From: Chromatiales bacterium
Lineage (GTDB): Bacteria; Pseudomonadota; Gammaproteobacteria; Steroidobacterales; BM003
DNA length: 58,208 bases
Assembly (NCBI GenBank): GCA_002868855.1
Contig: PKUM01000126.1
Location: 1-58,208 of the forward strand
Direction: 5' to 3'
Numbering within the stretch: the stretch's first letter is position 1; each line of letters opens with the position of its first letter. Position numbers and translations under genes: made by a program. Under the pieces are notes generated by a model. That model was given only the letters and a program-made list of their open reading frames with translations. It made no database searches and had not been told where the DNA came from. Shown one piece after another: positions 1 through 11,767 of this stretch.

Positions 1-376
1 GACGATGCGCCATAAACAGCTGCGTATGCTCGCTCAGCATCTCGACAGCAGCACCGGACCAACCATCGTTATGGGCGATTTCAACTGCGAGTGGGAAGAG
101 GATACCTGCCTGCAATGGTTCACCTCCGAGATGCAGCTGCAGGCTCACGCGCCCGCTGCGCCAGACCTTGGCACGTTCCGCTTCGGCGGCAAACGACTCG
201 ACTGGGTGCTGGCATCCCGGCACTTCGGATTCAGCGATTACAAGGTGCTGACTGACGATCTGTCGGACCATCGCGGTGTTGTTGCCGAGCTGCACTGGCT
301 GCCGCAGCCAGACGATCCCCAGATCGTGGCAGACGGCGAAGAAAGCCGGCAGGCGGGACAAGTTCTGTCGCGGTGA
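1..376 (+). CDS. Endonuclease/exonuclease/phosphatase (EEP) family protein, C-terminal part (5' truncated by window edge)
   Basis: EEP motifs GDFN, RLDW and SDH; the frame is open to the window start. Confidence 0.8.
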   Translation, partial: TMRHKQLRMLAQHLDSSTGPTIVMGDFNCEWEEDTCLQWFTSEMQLQAHAPAAPDLGTFRFGGKRLDWVLASRHFGFSDYKVLTDDLSDHRGVVAELHWLPQPDDPQIVADGEESRQAGQVLSR

Positions 377-885
377 GCAAGACGCTAACGATCGTCCGCC
401 ATGCAAAATCGAGCTGGGATGATCCGGTTCTCGCCGATTTCGATCGACCCTTGAACCCTCGTGGGCTGCGCGACGCTCCACGCATGGGCGCCCGCCTCGC
501 CAAGACCGGCATAACACCGGACAGGCTGGTTTCGAGCCCGGCCAATCGGGCTTTGGCCACGGCAAAAATAATCGCTGCCGCGTTGGGTTTGGAGACCCGG
601 ATCATAGTTCCGGATGAGCGCCTTTATCTCGCATCCGCCGACATGATTATGCGGATCGTGCAAGAGCAGCCCGATGAAGTATCCAGCCTGATGTTATTCG
701 GCCACAATCCCGGGATGACTGACCTGGTCCATCGTCTCGGCGACTGCCCGCTCGCAAATCTCCCGACCGGCGCCTGCGTGACGTTCCGCGTGGAGGTTGA
801 TCGTTGGGCCGCAACCGGGCCGGACAATACACGCCTCGAAGTCGTTGACTATCCGAAAAAGCGCATCGCCGCCGATGCCGGCTAA
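373..885 (+). CDS. sixA: SixA-like histidine phosphatase
   Basis: RHAKS motif, DFDRPL..RG, SSPA.RA..TA, GHNPG; GTG start overlaps the upstream stop (GTGA). Confidence 0.8.
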   Translation: MSKTLTIVRHAKSSWDDPVLADFDRPLNPRGLRDAPRMGARLAKTGITPDRLVSSPANRALATAKIIAAALGLETRIIVPDERLYLASADMIMRIVQEQPDEVSSLMLFGHNPGMTDLVHRLGDCPLANLPTGACVTFRVEVDRWAATGPDNTRLEVVDYPKKRIAADAG

Positions 886-2252
886 CAGTCCGGTACGTTG
901 ACAGCCAGCCCGGCCTTCGACGTTTCTTTGTAGCTGGTCGACATATCGCGCCCGGTCTGACGCATCGTCGCGATGACCTGGTCGAGACTGACGACGTGAC
1001 GGCCGTCACCGAACATCGCCAGGCGTGATGCATTGATGGCCTTTACCGCTCCCATGGCATTGCGTTCGATGCAGGGTACCTGTACCAGACCCGCAATCGG
1101 ATCGCAGGTCAATCCCAGGTTGTGCTCCATGCCGATTTCGGCGGCGTTCTCGACCTGGGCATTGCTGCCACCCTGGGCCGCGACGAGTCCTCCGGCGGCC
1201 ATCGAGCAGGCCACCCCTACTTCTCCCTGACAGCCCATCTCAGCTCCCGAAATCGAAGCGTTCTCCTTATACAGGATGCCGATCGCGCCCGCCGTCAACA
1301 GGAACCGCACGACACCGTCCTCATCCGCCCCGGGCACGAAGCGAAGATAATAGTTAAGCACCGCAGGGATGACCCCCGCAGCGCCATTTGTCGGCGCAGT
1401 CACAACCCGTCCGCCGGCGGCATTTTCCTCATTGACCGCCAGCGCAAAAACGTCGACCCAGTCCATTGCGTCGGCCGCGTGCCCGCTCGCATGTTGTAAT
1501 CGTCGCAACAGCGCCGGAGCGCGGCGCTGCACCTTGAGGCTGCCCGGCAGAACGCCCTCGGTGCGCAGACCTCTATCGATGCAACTGCGCATTACCTCCC
1601 AGATCTCCAACAGGCCGGCAATAACCTGATCGCGGCTGCGCCAGGCGGTCTCGTTCTCCAGCATCAGCGCCGCAATACCCAATCCGGCCGCTTCCGCCCG
1701 GCTCAGCAACTCGGAGCCCGAGTGAAACGGATGCGCAAGCCGGACGCTTCCGCGATCATCGATGGCCTCCTCGGTCTCCTCATCGCCACGGGTGATGAAC
1801 CCGCCGCCGATGGAATAGAACTCGGCGCTAGCCAGTTTCTTGCCTTTGTCATCGAGCGCACTAAAACGCATTCCGTTGGGATGGAGAGGCAGTACCTGAT
1901 CACCAAGAAAAAGGATATCGAGGTCCGTGTCGATCGCTACGTCGCGCACGCCCCCGAGTCGAAGCGTTGCGCTCTCCCGGATTCGCGCGAGCAGTTTTTC
2001 GATTTGCTCAGGTAGAACCGCGTCCGGCAAATTGCCCTCTAGCCCGGCCAGTACTGCAACATCGGTGCAATGCCCACGACCTGTCAGCGCCAGCGAACCG
2101 TACAACTGAACCGCAACCCGGGCCACGTCATCCAGCACGCCGTTTTCCGCCAGGTCCGCGGCGAAATTTTGCGCCGCCCGCATCGGCCCCATGGTATGGG
2201 AGCTCGAAGGCCCGATACCAATCTTGAAGATGTCGAATATGCTGACTGTCAT
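882..2252 (-). CDS. sdaA: L-serine ammonia-lyase (Fe-S, single chain)
   Basis: [53 protein letters not shown]. Confidence 0.96.
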   Translation of the reverse strand: MTVSIFDIFKIGIGPSSSHTMGPMRAAQNFAADLAENGVLDDVARVAVQLYGSLALTGRGHCTDVAVLAGLEGNLPDAVLPEQIEKLLARIRESATLRLGGVRDVAIDTDLDILFLGDQVLPLHPNGMRFSALDDKGKKLASAEFYSIGGGFITRGDEETEEAIDDRGSVRLAHPFHSGSELLSRAEAAGLGIAALMLENETAWRSRDQVIAGLLEIWEVMRSCIDRGLRTEGVLPGSLKVQRRAPALLRRLQHASGHAADAMDWVDVFALAVNEENAAGGRVVTAPTNGAAGVIPAVLNYYLRFVPGADEDGVVRFLLTAGAIGILYKENASISGAEMGCQGEVGVACSMAAGGLVAAQGGSNAQVENAAEIGMEHNLGLTCDPIAGLVQVPCIERNAMGAVKAINASRLAMFGDGRHVVSLDQVIATMRQTGRDMSTSYKETSKAGLAVNVPDC

Positions 2253-2276
2253 GGCTGGTCCCGCAACGCCTGAGCG

Positions 2277-5200
2277 CTAATCCGATGCCAGCGCCAGCAG
2301 GCTGGCGTTGCCGCCGACCGCGGACGTGTTGATCGTCAACGTCTTTTCCGTGGCAAAGCGATGGAGGTATTGCGGCCCACCGGCTTTTGGTCCGGTACCA
2401 GACAATCCACAACCGCCGAACGGTTGCACACCAACCACTGCCCCAACCATGTTTCGATTTACGTAGACGTTGCCGACCCGCATACGGCTGTGCACATATT
2501 GCGCAAAACCATCGATGCGGCTGTGAATACCGAGCGTCAAACCGAACCCCGTGGCGTTAATTGAATCGAGAACGGTATCCAGATCGCGGGCCCGGTAACG
2601 AATCACATGGAGCACCGGTCCGAAAACCTCGCGCTCGAGTTGGTCGATGGCATTGATTTCAACCAGCGCGGGTGCAAAGAACGTACCGCCTCCCGCTGCG
2701 GGCGCATTGCGGCACCTGTGCAGTAACTGGCCGGTATCGGCGATTTCGGATAGATGTGATTCCAGAACCCGGAGCGCCTCGACATCGATGACCGGACCGA
2801 CATCGGTGTTCAGCAACCCCGGATCACCCACGACGAGCTCGTCCATGTAGCCTTTCAGCAGATCCAGAACGCGCGGTGCGATCTCTTGTTGCAGGAACAG
2901 GACGCGGAGCGCCGAACAACGCTGCCCGGCGCTGTTAAAGGCCGACTGTACGACATCCAGCACGACCTGCTCGGGCAATGCTGAACTATCCACGATCATT
3001 GCATTCTGGCCACCGGTTTCGGCGATCAACGCACCGATCGGCCCCGTGCCCGCCGCCATTCCGGCATGGATAATGCGAGCCGTCTCCGTCGAACCAGTAA
3101 ACGCAACCCCGGCTACACGCCGATCTCCAATTGCGGCACCACCGATCGTGGCGCCGTCTCCCGGCAGAAAATTCAGTGCCCCGGGCGGCACCCCGGCTTC
3201 GTGCAGCAGGCGTACTGCAAGCGCCGCGACCAATGGCGTTTGTTCCGCCGGCTTGGCGATGACTGCATTGCCCGCGGCAAGAGCAGCAGCGATCTGTCCG
3301 GTAAAAATTGCCAACGGGAAATTCCATGGACTGATGCATACAAACACACCGCGCCCGGACAGACTCAAATGATTCGTCTCACCGGTCGGCCCCGGCAATT
3401 GCACTGGTTCGCCAAAATCGCTCTCCGCCTGCATCGCATAGTAACGAAGGAAATCGACGGCCTCGCGAAGTTCGGCGACACTGTCCGGCAAGGTTTTGCC
3501 GGCTTCCCGCACCAGTAACGCAAGAAACTGGTCGGAATGCTGTTCGAAACGATCGGCCGCAGTCCTCAGCGCATGCGCTCGCTGCGCGACCGCAGTCGCA
3601 TTCCATACACGATGTGAGGCGACCGCCGTAACCAGTGCCTTGTCGACCTGCTCCGCGGTGGCCTCGACAACGGTACCGACCTGATGGCCGTCCCAGGGAT
3701 CGCGAACGGCAATATCGGGACCGGATTGGGCCTTGCCATCAATGACCGGTGCCGCACGCCAATCGCTCTGCAGCGCGGCTTCCAACCTCACAGACATTGT
3801 CTGTAAAGAGGATTGATCAGCGAGGTTGATGCCGCGCGAGTTGACCCGGCCGCGACCGAAAATTGCATCCGGCATCGGAATCCTCGGATGCGGGACCTGA
3901 TGCAGCGATTCGACTTCCGCAATCGGGTCGGCCACTATCTCTTCGAGCGGTGCTTTTTCGTCCACGATGCGATTGACAAATGAAGTGTTCGCGCCGTTCT
4001 CGAGCAACCGACGCACGAGGTAAGGCAGCAGATCCTTGTGATTGCCGACGGGTGCATAGACCCTGCATGGCAGCCCGAAACGTTGCGGATCGACCACCTC
4101 GTCGTATAGCTCCTCACCCATGCCATGCAGACGCTGAAACTCGAACGGCTTCCCCTGCGCCATGTGGATGATGCTGGCAACCGTGTGCGCGTTGTGGGTC
4201 GCAAATTGCGGATAGATATGACTGCCGTCGTGCAACAGTATCGCTGCACAGGCGAGGTAACTGACATCCGTGTTTACCTTGCGTGTAAACACCGGGTAGC
4301 CATCGAGACCCTGCTCCTGGGCGCGCTTGATTTCGGTATCCCAATACGCTCCCTTGACGAGGCGAACCGGAATTGTCCGCCCGACCTCGGCACTCATCTC
4401 GGTCAGCCACCGCAAAACCTCAACCGCGCGTTTCTGGTAGGCCTGCACCGCAAGTCCGAGTCCATGCCAGTCCGCCAGCCCCGGATCCCGGTAAACATTC
4501 TCGAAAACCTCCAGGGAAAGCTGGAGCCGGTCGGCCTCTTCCGCATCCATCGTGAGGGCGACGGATGCCTTGCGTGCAAACTCGGCAAGCTGCCGCAAAC
4601 GCGGGGTCAACTCAGACAGGACCCGCTCGCGCTGGGCGAACTCGTAACGCGGGAACAGTGCCGACAATTTGACCGAAATACTGGGCGCCGAATCATCCGT
4701 CGCCGCGCCCTCGCGCGATGCTCCCAGCACCTGTATCGCGTCGGCATAAGCTCTCATGTATCGCTGCGCGTCGGCGTCGGTCAGTGCGGCCTCGCCGAGC
4801 ATATCGAAGGAGTAACGGTAAACCCGGTTAGCCTCTTTCTGGCTGCGCTTTATCGCCGCCTGAATATCGCGGCCCATTACAAACTGGTGCCCCATGATGC
4901 GCATTGCATGGCGCATTGCACCGCGCACAACCGGGTCGCCAAGCCGATTCACGACTTTACCGAGGAAACCGGCCGGGTTCTCCGTCACATCCTCATCAAG
5001 CGCGATCAGGCGCCCGGTCAGCATTAGCCCCCAGGTCGACGCATTGACGAACATTGAATCGCTGCTGCCCAGGTGTTCCTTCCAGTTCGCGGTAGTCAAT
5101 TTGTCTGCGATCAATCGATCGGCGGTCTCGGCGTCGGGAATTCGCAGCAGAGCCTCGGCGAGACACATCAGCACCACGCCCTCGTGCGAAGACAAGTCGT

Positions 5201-5459
5201 ATTTGCGCAGGAATGCATCGAGCCCACCCTTGCGATTGCGGTTGTTGCGCACCCCGCGAACGAGTTCGCGCGCGGTAGCACCAACCCGGTCGGTCACTTC
5301 CGGATCGAGTCGCGCCAGTTCCAGACATTCATGTATGCAGGTCGTCTCGTCCGCGAGGTAAAGCCCGTCGAGACGGGCTCCGAAGGACGGTTGTCCCGGA
5401 TAGCTGCGCGGAAAGACAATGCCATTGGAATTTACGGAAACCGGCTCGCGTGCCGCCAC
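2277..5459 (-). CDS. putA: Bifunctional proline dehydrogenase / glutamate-semialdehyde dehydrogenase PutA (no N-terminal RHH domain evident)
   Basis: SFDMLGE, RLVKGAYWD, FATHNAHT, YLVRRLLENGANTSF, SPWNFPLAIF, AETGGQN, SAGQRCSALR. Confidence 0.97.
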   Translation of the reverse strand: MAAREPVSVNSNGIVFPRSYPGQPSFGARLDGLYLADETTCIHECLELARLDPEVTDRVGATARELVRGVRNNRNRKGGLDAFLRKYDLSSHEGVVLMCLAEALLRIPDAETADRLIADKLTTANWKEHLGSSDSMFVNASTWGLMLTGRLIALDEDVTENPAGFLGKVVNRLGDPVVRGAMRHAMRIMGHQFVMGRDIQAAIKRSQKEANRVYRYSFDMLGEAALTDADAQRYMRAYADAIQVLGASREGAATDDSAPSISVKLSALFPRYEFAQRERVLSELTPRLRQLAEFARKASVALTMDAEEADRLQLSLEVFENVYRDPGLADWHGLGLAVQAYQKRAVEVLRWLTEMSAEVGRTIPVRLVKGAYWDTEIKRAQEQGLDGYPVFTRKVNTDVSYLACAAILLHDGSHIYPQFATHNAHTVASIIHMAQGKPFEFQRLHGMGEELYDEVVDPQRFGLPCRVYAPVGNHKDLLPYLVRRLLENGANTSFVNRIVDEKAPLEEIVADPIAEVESLHQVPHPRIPMPDAIFGRGRVNSRGINLADQSSLQTMSVRLEAALQSDWRAAPVIDGKAQSGPDIAVRDPWDGHQVGTVVEATAEQVDKALVTAVASHRVWNATAVAQRAHALRTAADRFEQHSDQFLALLVREAGKTLPDSVAELREAVDFLRYYAMQAESDFGEPVQLPGPTGETNHLSLSGRGVFVCISPWNFPLAIFTGQIAAALAAGNAVIAKPAEQTPLVAALAVRLLHEAGVPPGALNFLPGDGATIGGAAIGDRRVAGVAFTGSTETARIIHAGMAAGTGPIGALIAETGGQNAMIVDSSALPEQVVLDVVQSAFNSAGQRCSALRVLFLQQEIAPRVLDLLKGYMDELVVGDPGLLNTDVGPVIDVEALRVLESHLSEIADTGQLLHRCRNAPAAGGGTFFAPALVEINAIDQLEREVFGPVLHVIRYRARDLDTVLDSINATGFGLTLGIHSRIDGFAQYVHSRMRVGNVYVNRNMVGAVVGVQPFGGCGLSGTGPKAGGPQYLHRFATEKTLTINTSAVGGNASLLALASD

Positions 5460-5567
5460 GATGACTCTCCCTTCGGTATTTACCGTTTGTGACCCCGAAT
5501 TCGGTGTCGTGAATTATAGGTGATGGCGAGGCCCGCCGTTGATCGCCGCCAATTCGCGGCAAAGAGT

Positions 5568-5978
5568 TCAGCGTCGTTCTCGCCAACGAATAAAATCGGC
5601 AAGCACCTGCTGATGATCGAACGCCAGCGGCGGGGTTTTCCCCGGATCGAAAACGCCGACTTCACGAGCGTCGTCCCCGGCCACAGGGTCACCGCTGGCA
5701 ACTGCCACAAAAATGATGCTGACGGTATGTCCGCGCGGGTCCCGGTCGGGCTTCGAATAACACCCGAGAAGCGCCTCGAGACGAACGTCCAGGCCGGTCT
5801 CCTCGCGCGCCTCGCGCAGCGCGGCGTGCTCGACTGTCTCACCGATGTCGACAAACCCGCCGGGCAAAGCCCAGCCGAGGGGCTCGTGCCTGCGCTCGAT
5901 AAGCACAATCGGTCGGCCTGGCCGATCGCGTAATTCGATCACTGCATCCGCTGTGATCAAAGGCGTTTGCGGTCGCAT
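5568..5978 (-). CDS. NUDIX hydrolase (ADP-ribose pyrophosphatase-like)
   Basis: Nudix box GGFVDIGETVEHAALREAREETGL; RDPR and LAFDH. Confidence 0.9.
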   Translation of the reverse strand: MRPQTPLITADAVIELRDRPGRPIVLIERRHEPLGWALPGGFVDIGETVEHAALREAREETGLDVRLEALLGCYSKPDRDPRGHTVSIIFVAVASGDPVAGDDAREVGVFDPGKTPPLAFDHQQVLADFIRWRERR

Positions 5979-5982
5979 TGCA

Positions 5983-6378
5983 TCACCCCTTCGTGAATCG
6001 AATTATCCGCCGCCGCGAGCGCTTGTCGGGTCGACGCTCCGGGTGTGGCGACGACGCCCGCTGCAGGCGCCGTTCCTCTACCGCAAGCCGCACTCGCTCG
6101 ACGCTCTCTTCGGATTCTTTGTACATTGTGGCTGCTTCGCTGGCCGGACCGCGCCGACGAGGAAGTCCGGTTACAACAAACGTGCGCAGCGCCGGTTCCC
6201 GGGTAATTTCGACGACATCACCCGTTGCCGCAATGCGCGCCGGCTTTATCCTGCTGCCGTTCACGCGAACATGCCCGGCGACAATCGCCTGGCGCGCGAG
6301 CGCGCGCGACTTGTATAGCCTGACACACCATAGCCACTTATCGAATCTTAGGGTTTCCGAGTCCACGAACCGCACCAC
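5983..6378 (-). CDS. hslR: Ribosome-associated heat shock protein Hsp15 (S4 domain)
   Basis: RFDKWLW..RLYKSR.LA, RRGPA.EA..MY.ES, RPDKR.RR. Confidence 0.88.
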   Translation of the reverse strand: MVRFVDSETLRFDKWLWCVRLYKSRALARQAIVAGHVRVNGSRIKPARIAATGDVVEITREPALRTFVVTGLPRRRGPASEAATMYKESEESVERVRLAVEERRLQRASSPHPERRPDKRSRRRIIRFTKG

Positions 6379-6452
6379 GCGTCCGAGCCTGCCAACCGCT
6401 ACAGTCTAATCCAACTCGGACCGATTTGGGCCACTGCCGGCGACAGCGTGAC

Positions 6453-6461
6453 TGCTATAAT
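6453..6461 (+). promoter_or_regulatory. Extended -10 sigma70 promoter for kbl-tdh
   Basis: Perfect TG-c-TATAAT about 30 nt upstream of the kbl ATG at 6490, with AAGGGA RBS in between. Confidence 0.65.
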
Positions 6462-6489
6462 TCGTGACATTCAATCTAAGGGAAGCGAC

Positions 6490-7680
6490 ATGGATCCGGC
6501 ATTTCTCCAACGTCTGACGCAACAGCTCGACCAGGTCAGAAGCGAGGGACTGTTCAAGTCCGAACGGGTGATCACGTCACCACAGCAGGCCAACATCAGC
6601 GTCGCCGGCGGAATCGAAGTCATCAACTTTTGCGCCAATAACTATCTCGGTCTCGCCAACCACCCGGCACTGATCTCGGCTGCGCATGCGGCGCTGGATG
6701 AGTATGGCTATGGCCTCGCTTCGGTCCGGTTTATCTGCGGCACACAGAGTGTGCACAAGGATCTCGAAAACCGTATTTCTCGCTTTCTCGGTACCGAGGA
6801 TACGATCCTGTATCCATCCGCATTCGACGCGAATGGCGGCCTTTTCGAGGTAATCCTCGATGAGAATGATGCGGTTATCAGCGACGAACTCAACCATGCA
6901 AGCATCATTGACGGTATTCGCCTGTGCAAGGCGAAGCGTCTGCGCTACCAGCATGGCAATATGGACGACCTCGCGCTAAAACTGAAGGAAGCCGGCGCCA
7001 GCCGTACCCGGCTGATCGCTACCGATGGCGTATTTTCGATGGACGGTACGATTGCAGACCTCGCTGCGATTTGCGATCTGGCGGAGGCGCACAACGCGCT
7101 GGTCATGATCGACGACTGTCATGCAACCGGCTTCATCGGCGAGAACGGCCGCGGTACTCATGAATATCGAGGGGTCATGGACCGCGTCGATATCATCACC
7201 GGAACCCTGGGCAAGGCTCTAGGCGGCGCGTCCGGCGGATTCACCTCGGGGCGTAAGGAAATAGTGGACTGGTTACGGCAGCGATCGCGGCCCTATCTGT
7301 TTTCCAATACTCTCGCACCGGTCATTGCAGCAACGTCGATACGCGTACTCGACCTGCTCGAGGAAGGAACCGATCTGCGTGACCGGTTGCAGGCCAATTC
7401 GCAGTATTTCCGGGCGCAGATGACGACGCTCGGATTTGACCTCCTGCCGGGCGAGCACCCAATTATTCCGGTCATGCTGGGTGATGCCAAACTGGCGGCA
7501 AAGATGGCCGACCGACTGCTCGAGGAAGGAATTTACGTCATAGGCTTTTCCTTTCCGGTGGTACCGAAAGGCAAGGCGAGAATCCGCACGCAGATGTCGG
7601 CCGCTCACAGCCGTGAGCACATTGATCGGGCCATTGCGGCATTTGCTAAAGTCGGCAAGGAACTTGGCGTCATTGACTAA
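6490..7680 (+). CDS. kbl: Glycine C-acetyltransferase (2-amino-3-ketobutyrate CoA ligase)
   Basis: [50 protein letters not shown]; next to tdh; start at ATG 6490 after the RBS. Confidence 0.96.
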   Translation: MDPAFLQRLTQQLDQVRSEGLFKSERVITSPQQANISVAGGIEVINFCANNYLGLANHPALISAAHAALDEYGYGLASVRFICGTQSVHKDLENRISRFLGTEDTILYPSAFDANGGLFEVILDENDAVISDELNHASIIDGIRLCKAKRLRYQHGNMDDLALKLKEAGASRTRLIATDGVFSMDGTIADLAAICDLAEAHNALVMIDDCHATGFIGENGRGTHEYRGVMDRVDIITGTLGKALGGASGGFTSGRKEIVDWLRQRSRPYLFSNTLAPVIAATSIRVLDLLEEGTDLRDRLQANSQYFRAQMTTLGFDLLPGEHPIIPVMLGDAKLAAKMADRLLEEGIYVIGFSFPVVPKGKARIRTQMSAAHSREHIDRAIAAFAKVGKELGVID

Positions 7681-7695
7681 ATCGAGGATGCGGCA

Positions 7696-8730
7696 ATGAG
7701 AGCACTGGTAAAAAAGCACGCGTCGGAAGGCATCTGGATGGACGATGTACCGGAGCCGGAAGTCGGGCACAACGATGTACTCATACGCGTTCGAAAGACG
7801 GCTATCTGCGGCACGGATATTCATATTTTCAATTGGGACGACTGGGCCCGGCAAACGATTCCGGTTCCGATGACCGTCGGACATGAATTCGTCGGCGAGA
7901 TCGTCGATATCGGCAGCGAAGTCCGGGGTATCGAAATCGGCGACCGCGTTTCCGGAGAAGGACATATAACTTGTGGATTCTGCCGCAATTGCCGTGCCGG
8001 CAAGCGCCATCTCTGCCGCAATACCTCAGGGGTGGGCGTAAATCGCCCCGGCTGCTTTGCCGATTATCTGTCGATCCCCGCGTTCAACACTTTCAAACTG
8101 CCTGACGCGATCTCGGACGACATGGCGTCGATACTCGATCCGCTCGGCAATGCCACGCATACGGCGTTGTCGTTCGACCTGGTAGGCGAGGATGTGCTGA
8201 TAACCGGAGCAGGACCGATTGGCATCATGGCGGTGGCCATAGCGCGCTTTGCCGGCGCGCGGCATATCGTGATCACCGACGTCAATGACTATCGCCTCGG
8301 ACTCGCTGCGGAACTGGGAGCAAGTGTTACGGTCAATGTGACCAATACGAGTCTTGACGATGTTATGCGCGATCTTGGCATGCAGGAAGGATTTGATGTC
8401 GGCCTCGAAATGTCAGGCAATCCCGATGCGTTTCGCGATATGTTGCGGACGATGCACCACGGCGGTCGCGTCGCACTCCTCGGCATACCTCCCACCGACA
8501 CCTCCATCGACTGGAACGAAGTGATATTCAAGGGCCTGGTGATAAAGGGCGTATACGGTCGCGAGATGTTCGAAACCTGGTACAAGATGTCGTCCATGCT
8601 GCAGAGCGGACTCGATCTCGGCCCGGTGATCACTCACCATTTCGCGGTCGCTGACTATCAGCCGGCGTTCGACATCATGCGCTCGGGCCAATCCGGCAAG
8701 GTGATTCTGGACTGGGACGATGCCGCCTGA
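7696..8730 (+). CDS. tdh: L-threonine 3-dehydrogenase
   Basis: ICGTDIH, GHEFVG, structural Zn [10 protein letters not shown]...[16 protein letters not shown]. Confidence 0.97.
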   Translation: MRALVKKHASEGIWMDDVPEPEVGHNDVLIRVRKTAICGTDIHIFNWDDWARQTIPVPMTVGHEFVGEIVDIGSEVRGIEIGDRVSGEGHITCGFCRNCRAGKRHLCRNTSGVGVNRPGCFADYLSIPAFNTFKLPDAISDDMASILDPLGNATHTALSFDLVGEDVLITGAGPIGIMAVAIARFAGARHIVITDVNDYRLGLAAELGASVTVNVTNTSLDDVMRDLGMQEGFDVGLEMSGNPDAFRDMLRTMHHGGRVALLGIPPTDTSIDWNEVIFKGLVIKGVYGREMFETWYKMSSMLQSGLDLGPVITHHFAVADYQPAFDIMRSGQSGKVILDWDDAA

Positions 8731-8762
8731 TCCGGCCACCCATTAGCACGGACTCCGGGCAG

Positions 8763-10613
8763 CTAGTCGAAGCCGCAAAAACAATAGAGATAGAGGCCCC
8801 TCGGGTCAGTGCCCACCTGGCCAAACCGAGTGAGATCGGCGAGAAAATCCGGCAGGACAGGCCCGATCAGCTGTTGCAGCGACAACTCCGTTCCGACATG
8901 CCGCGCCAGTCCCGACGCACCAAGCAGCGAGGCCAGCAATAACTCGCTGGGATCGACCGGCGGCTCGAGGTACTCAATGCCATAGTCACTCATTCCCGCC
9001 AATTCCGCGGCAGCTTCTATAGCGGCATCAAGATCACCGAGGACATCCACGAGACCCATTTCCAATGCCATTTGCCCGGTCCAGACCCGGCCGCGCGCCA
9101 GGCTCTCGACTTCGGCGCGCTCGAGTTCTCTCGATGCCGCGACAAGCTCGACGAAATCGGCGTAGCCGGCCTCGGTACTCAGACGCATAATCGCAAGCGC
9201 CTCCTCCGTAAGACCGCGGTCCGGCCGAAACGCACCGGAAAGACGCGTCGTCCCGACTCCGTCGACATTGATACCGATCCGCTCGAGCGACCTGTCGAAA
9301 CTGGGAATCATCGCCACGATGCCGATCGAACCGGTCAACGTAGTCGGATTTGCGAAGATACGGTCGCCTGCCAGAGCGATCCAGTAACCACCGGAGGCTG
9401 CTACGCTGCTCATGGACACAACTACCGGCTTGCCTGACTGCCGCAATAATTCGAGCTCGCGGCGTATTACCTCCGACGCAAAGCGGCTGCCTCCGCCGCT
9501 GTCGACACGCAACACGACCGCCGCAACGTCCTCGTCGTCACGCGCCTGGTGAATCATCTCCACGATCGTATCCGACCCGATTGTCCCGGGCGGCTGGTTT
9601 CCCTCCGTGATTCCACCCGCTGCGACAATGACAGCCACACTGGGTCCGTCAGCGCTCGTGCCTGCAGGACCATCGACGGCCGCCAGATACGTGCTGACAT
9701 CGACCTGGCGGTATCCCGAATCATCGTCCTCGTCGCTGCCGACAAGCTCGCGCATGCGCGAACGCAACTGGTCGCTGGTCCATAATTCATCGACCAGGCC
9801 GGCAGCCTGTGCGACGGCCGCAAGGTCGCCCTCAGCCTGTTTGAGAGCCGATACGAAACCATCCGCGTATCCGGACAACGTTCCGGAATCGAGATCGCGC
9901 GCCGCAACCACGTCGCTGCGGTAGGCACGCCAGAGATCCTCCAGATATGCGCGGCTCGCCTCTTTGTCGTACTCGGACATATCGCCACGCGAGTACGGCT
10001 CCGCAAAAGACTTGAAGTCACCAACGCTGAACACGTGCCAGTCGATCGATAACTTGTCGATAGCTTCCTTGTAATAGGTTCGAAAGCGCTCGTAGCCATC
10101 CAGGTAGACCAGCCCATAAGGATGCAGGTAGATTTCGTCGGCATGGGCTGCCAGGTAATACTGATCCTGGCTGTAGTAATCGCCGTACGCAATCACCTTT
10201 TTGCCGCTTTCCCGGAACCGCGAAATAGCCTCGCCGAGGTACTGCAGCTTGCTCAGGCCACCACCGGCCAACGTCTCGGAACGCAGGACCAGCGCCTGGA
10301 TCCTGTCGTCTTCCGTGGCCAGCTCAATTGCCCGCACCAGATCGTGCACCAGCGTTTGCGGAATGCCATCGCCGGTTGCCTCTCCAATTGCGCGATCGAG
10401 CGGACCGCCTTCGAGCTGCTCCACAAGCCTGCCCTCGGGCTGCACAACCAGCGCCGCAGTGGCCGGAACCATCGGCAATTCAGGAGTCAGCGCGGCCAGG
10501 ATAACCATAAACAGGACCAGCAGCACGATCAGGTGGAGGACCTTGCGAAGCCCGTCAAGCCCCTTCCAGAGCAGTCCGAACAAATGGCCGATCGTGCTGA
10601 ATATTGATGTCAT
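8763..10613 (-). CDS. sppA: Signal peptide peptidase SppA (67K, protease IV)
   Basis: N-terminal TM, Q.QYYLA, FKS.AEPY (Lys), AASGGYW (catalytic Ser), TGSIGI, GRVWTG. Confidence 0.93.
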   Translation of the reverse strand: MTSIFSTIGHLFGLLWKGLDGLRKVLHLIVLLVLFMVILAALTPELPMVPATAALVVQPEGRLVEQLEGGPLDRAIGEATGDGIPQTLVHDLVRAIELATEDDRIQALVLRSETLAGGGLSKLQYLGEAISRFRESGKKVIAYGDYYSQDQYYLAAHADEIYLHPYGLVYLDGYERFRTYYKEAIDKLSIDWHVFSVGDFKSFAEPYSRGDMSEYDKEASRAYLEDLWRAYRSDVVAARDLDSGTLSGYADGFVSALKQAEGDLAAVAQAAGLVDELWTSDQLRSRMRELVGSDEDDDSGYRQVDVSTYLAAVDGPAGTSADGPSVAVIVAAGGITEGNQPPGTIGSDTIVEMIHQARDDEDVAAVVLRVDSGGGSRFASEVIRRELELLRQSGKPVVVSMSSVAASGGYWIALAGDRIFANPTTLTGSIGIVAMIPSFDRSLERIGINVDGVGTTRLSGAFRPDRGLTEEALAIMRLSTEAGYADFVELVAASRELERAEVESLARGRVWTGQMALEMGLVDVLGDLDAAIEAAAELAGMSDYGIEYLEPPVDPSELLLASLLGASGLARHVGTELSLQQLIGPVLPDFLADLTRFGQVGTDPRGLYLYCFCGFD

Positions 10614-10634
10614 CTACTGTCCCCGGGGCCTGGC

Positions 10635-11744
10635 TCAGCCGCCTTGGTAAGAAATTCGGTAAATACGGCCGCCCAGGTCGTCTGACACGAGCAGCGATCC
10701 ATCAGCCAGTTGCAGGATATCGACTGGCCTGCCTGAGACTTCTTCGTCATTGAGCCAGCCGTGCGCAAACGGCTCGGCAGCGCTCGGGCTGCCATTTTCC
10801 ATCCGCACCATTACGACCCGATAGCCGACCTTTCCCGCCTTTCGATTCCATGATCCATGCTCGGCAATATACGCATGGCCCCTGTACTCCGGCGGGAACA
10901 TCGTTCCGTTGTAAAACTCGATCCCGAGCGGCGCTACGTGCGCCCCAAGCCCCAGCGCTGGCGGCACAAAATCGGAACACTTTCTTCCGTCGCCATATTC
11001 GGGATCGATAATGTCCGCACCATGGCAATACGGAAACCCGAAATGCATGCCGGGCTCCGGCGCATGATTGAGTTCGCAGTCGGGAATATCGTCGCCCATC
11101 CAGTCCCGACCATTGTCGGTAAACCACATCTCACCGGTATCGGGATGCCAGGTGAAGCCAACTGTGTTGCGCACGCCTTCAGCGAAGACTTCCAGCTCAC
11201 TGCCATCCGCATTCATGCGAGTAATCACTGAGTAGCCGGCCTCGTCGCACACGTTACACGGTGCACCTATCGGTACGTAGAGCTTACCATCGGGCCCGAA
11301 CGCGATGAATTTCCAGCCGTGATGCGCATCGGTGGGAAAATCATCACGCACGATTTCGGGCTCGGGCACGTTACCGAGCCGTGTCTCGATATCCGGATAG
11401 CGCAATACCCGGCTGATCTCGGCCACGTACAGCGCGCCATCGCGAAACGCCACGCCATTGGGCACGTTCAGCCCTTCGCCGATAGTCGTGACGACCGGGC
11501 CTGCTGCACTGTCGAGATCAGTGAGCGCATAGACCTTACCCAGCTTACGCGTCGATACGAACAGGGTTCCTCGCTCGCCCAGCGTCATCGAACGTGCGTT
11601 CGGAACCTGGTCTGTCAGAACCTCGATACTAAATCCAGGCGGAACTACCAGGTCTGGTTCGACCGTCAGTTCTCTGGCGCAGGCCCCCTGCAGCGTCAGA
11701 CCAAGAAAAAATAGCGCGGCAATGAGGTTTCGAGCAATCGGCAT
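10635..11744 (-). CDS. PQQ-dependent sugar (sorbosone/glucose) dehydrogenase-like beta-propeller protein, secreted
   Basis: Signal peptide; HGWKFIAFGPDG.LY, GAPCNVC, G.RNTVG, DNGRD, AHVAPLG, HGSWNR, GRPVD. Confidence 0.85.
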   Translation of the reverse strand: MPIARNLIAALFFLGLTLQGACARELTVEPDLVVPPGFSIEVLTDQVPNARSMTLGERGTLFVSTRKLGKVYALTDLDSAAGPVVTTIGEGLNVPNGVAFRDGALYVAEISRVLRYPDIETRLGNVPEPEIVRDDFPTDAHHGWKFIAFGPDGKLYVPIGAPCNVCDEAGYSVITRMNADGSELEVFAEGVRNTVGFTWHPDTGEMWFTDNGRDWMGDDIPDCELNHAPEPGMHFGFPYCHGADIIDPEYGDGRKCSDFVPPALGLGAHVAPLGIEFYNGTMFPPEYRGHAYIAEHGSWNRKAGKVGYRVVMVRMENGSPSAAEPFAHGWLNDEEVSGRPVDILQLADGSLLVSDDLGGRIYRISYQGG

Positions 11745-11767
11745 CGGGTCCGTCCCTCTGAATTGGG

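Noticed and set aside
1-376. EEP protein as sphingomyelinase linked to the lipid locus
   Set aside because: Truncated, ~39 kb away, and only generic EEP motifs are visible
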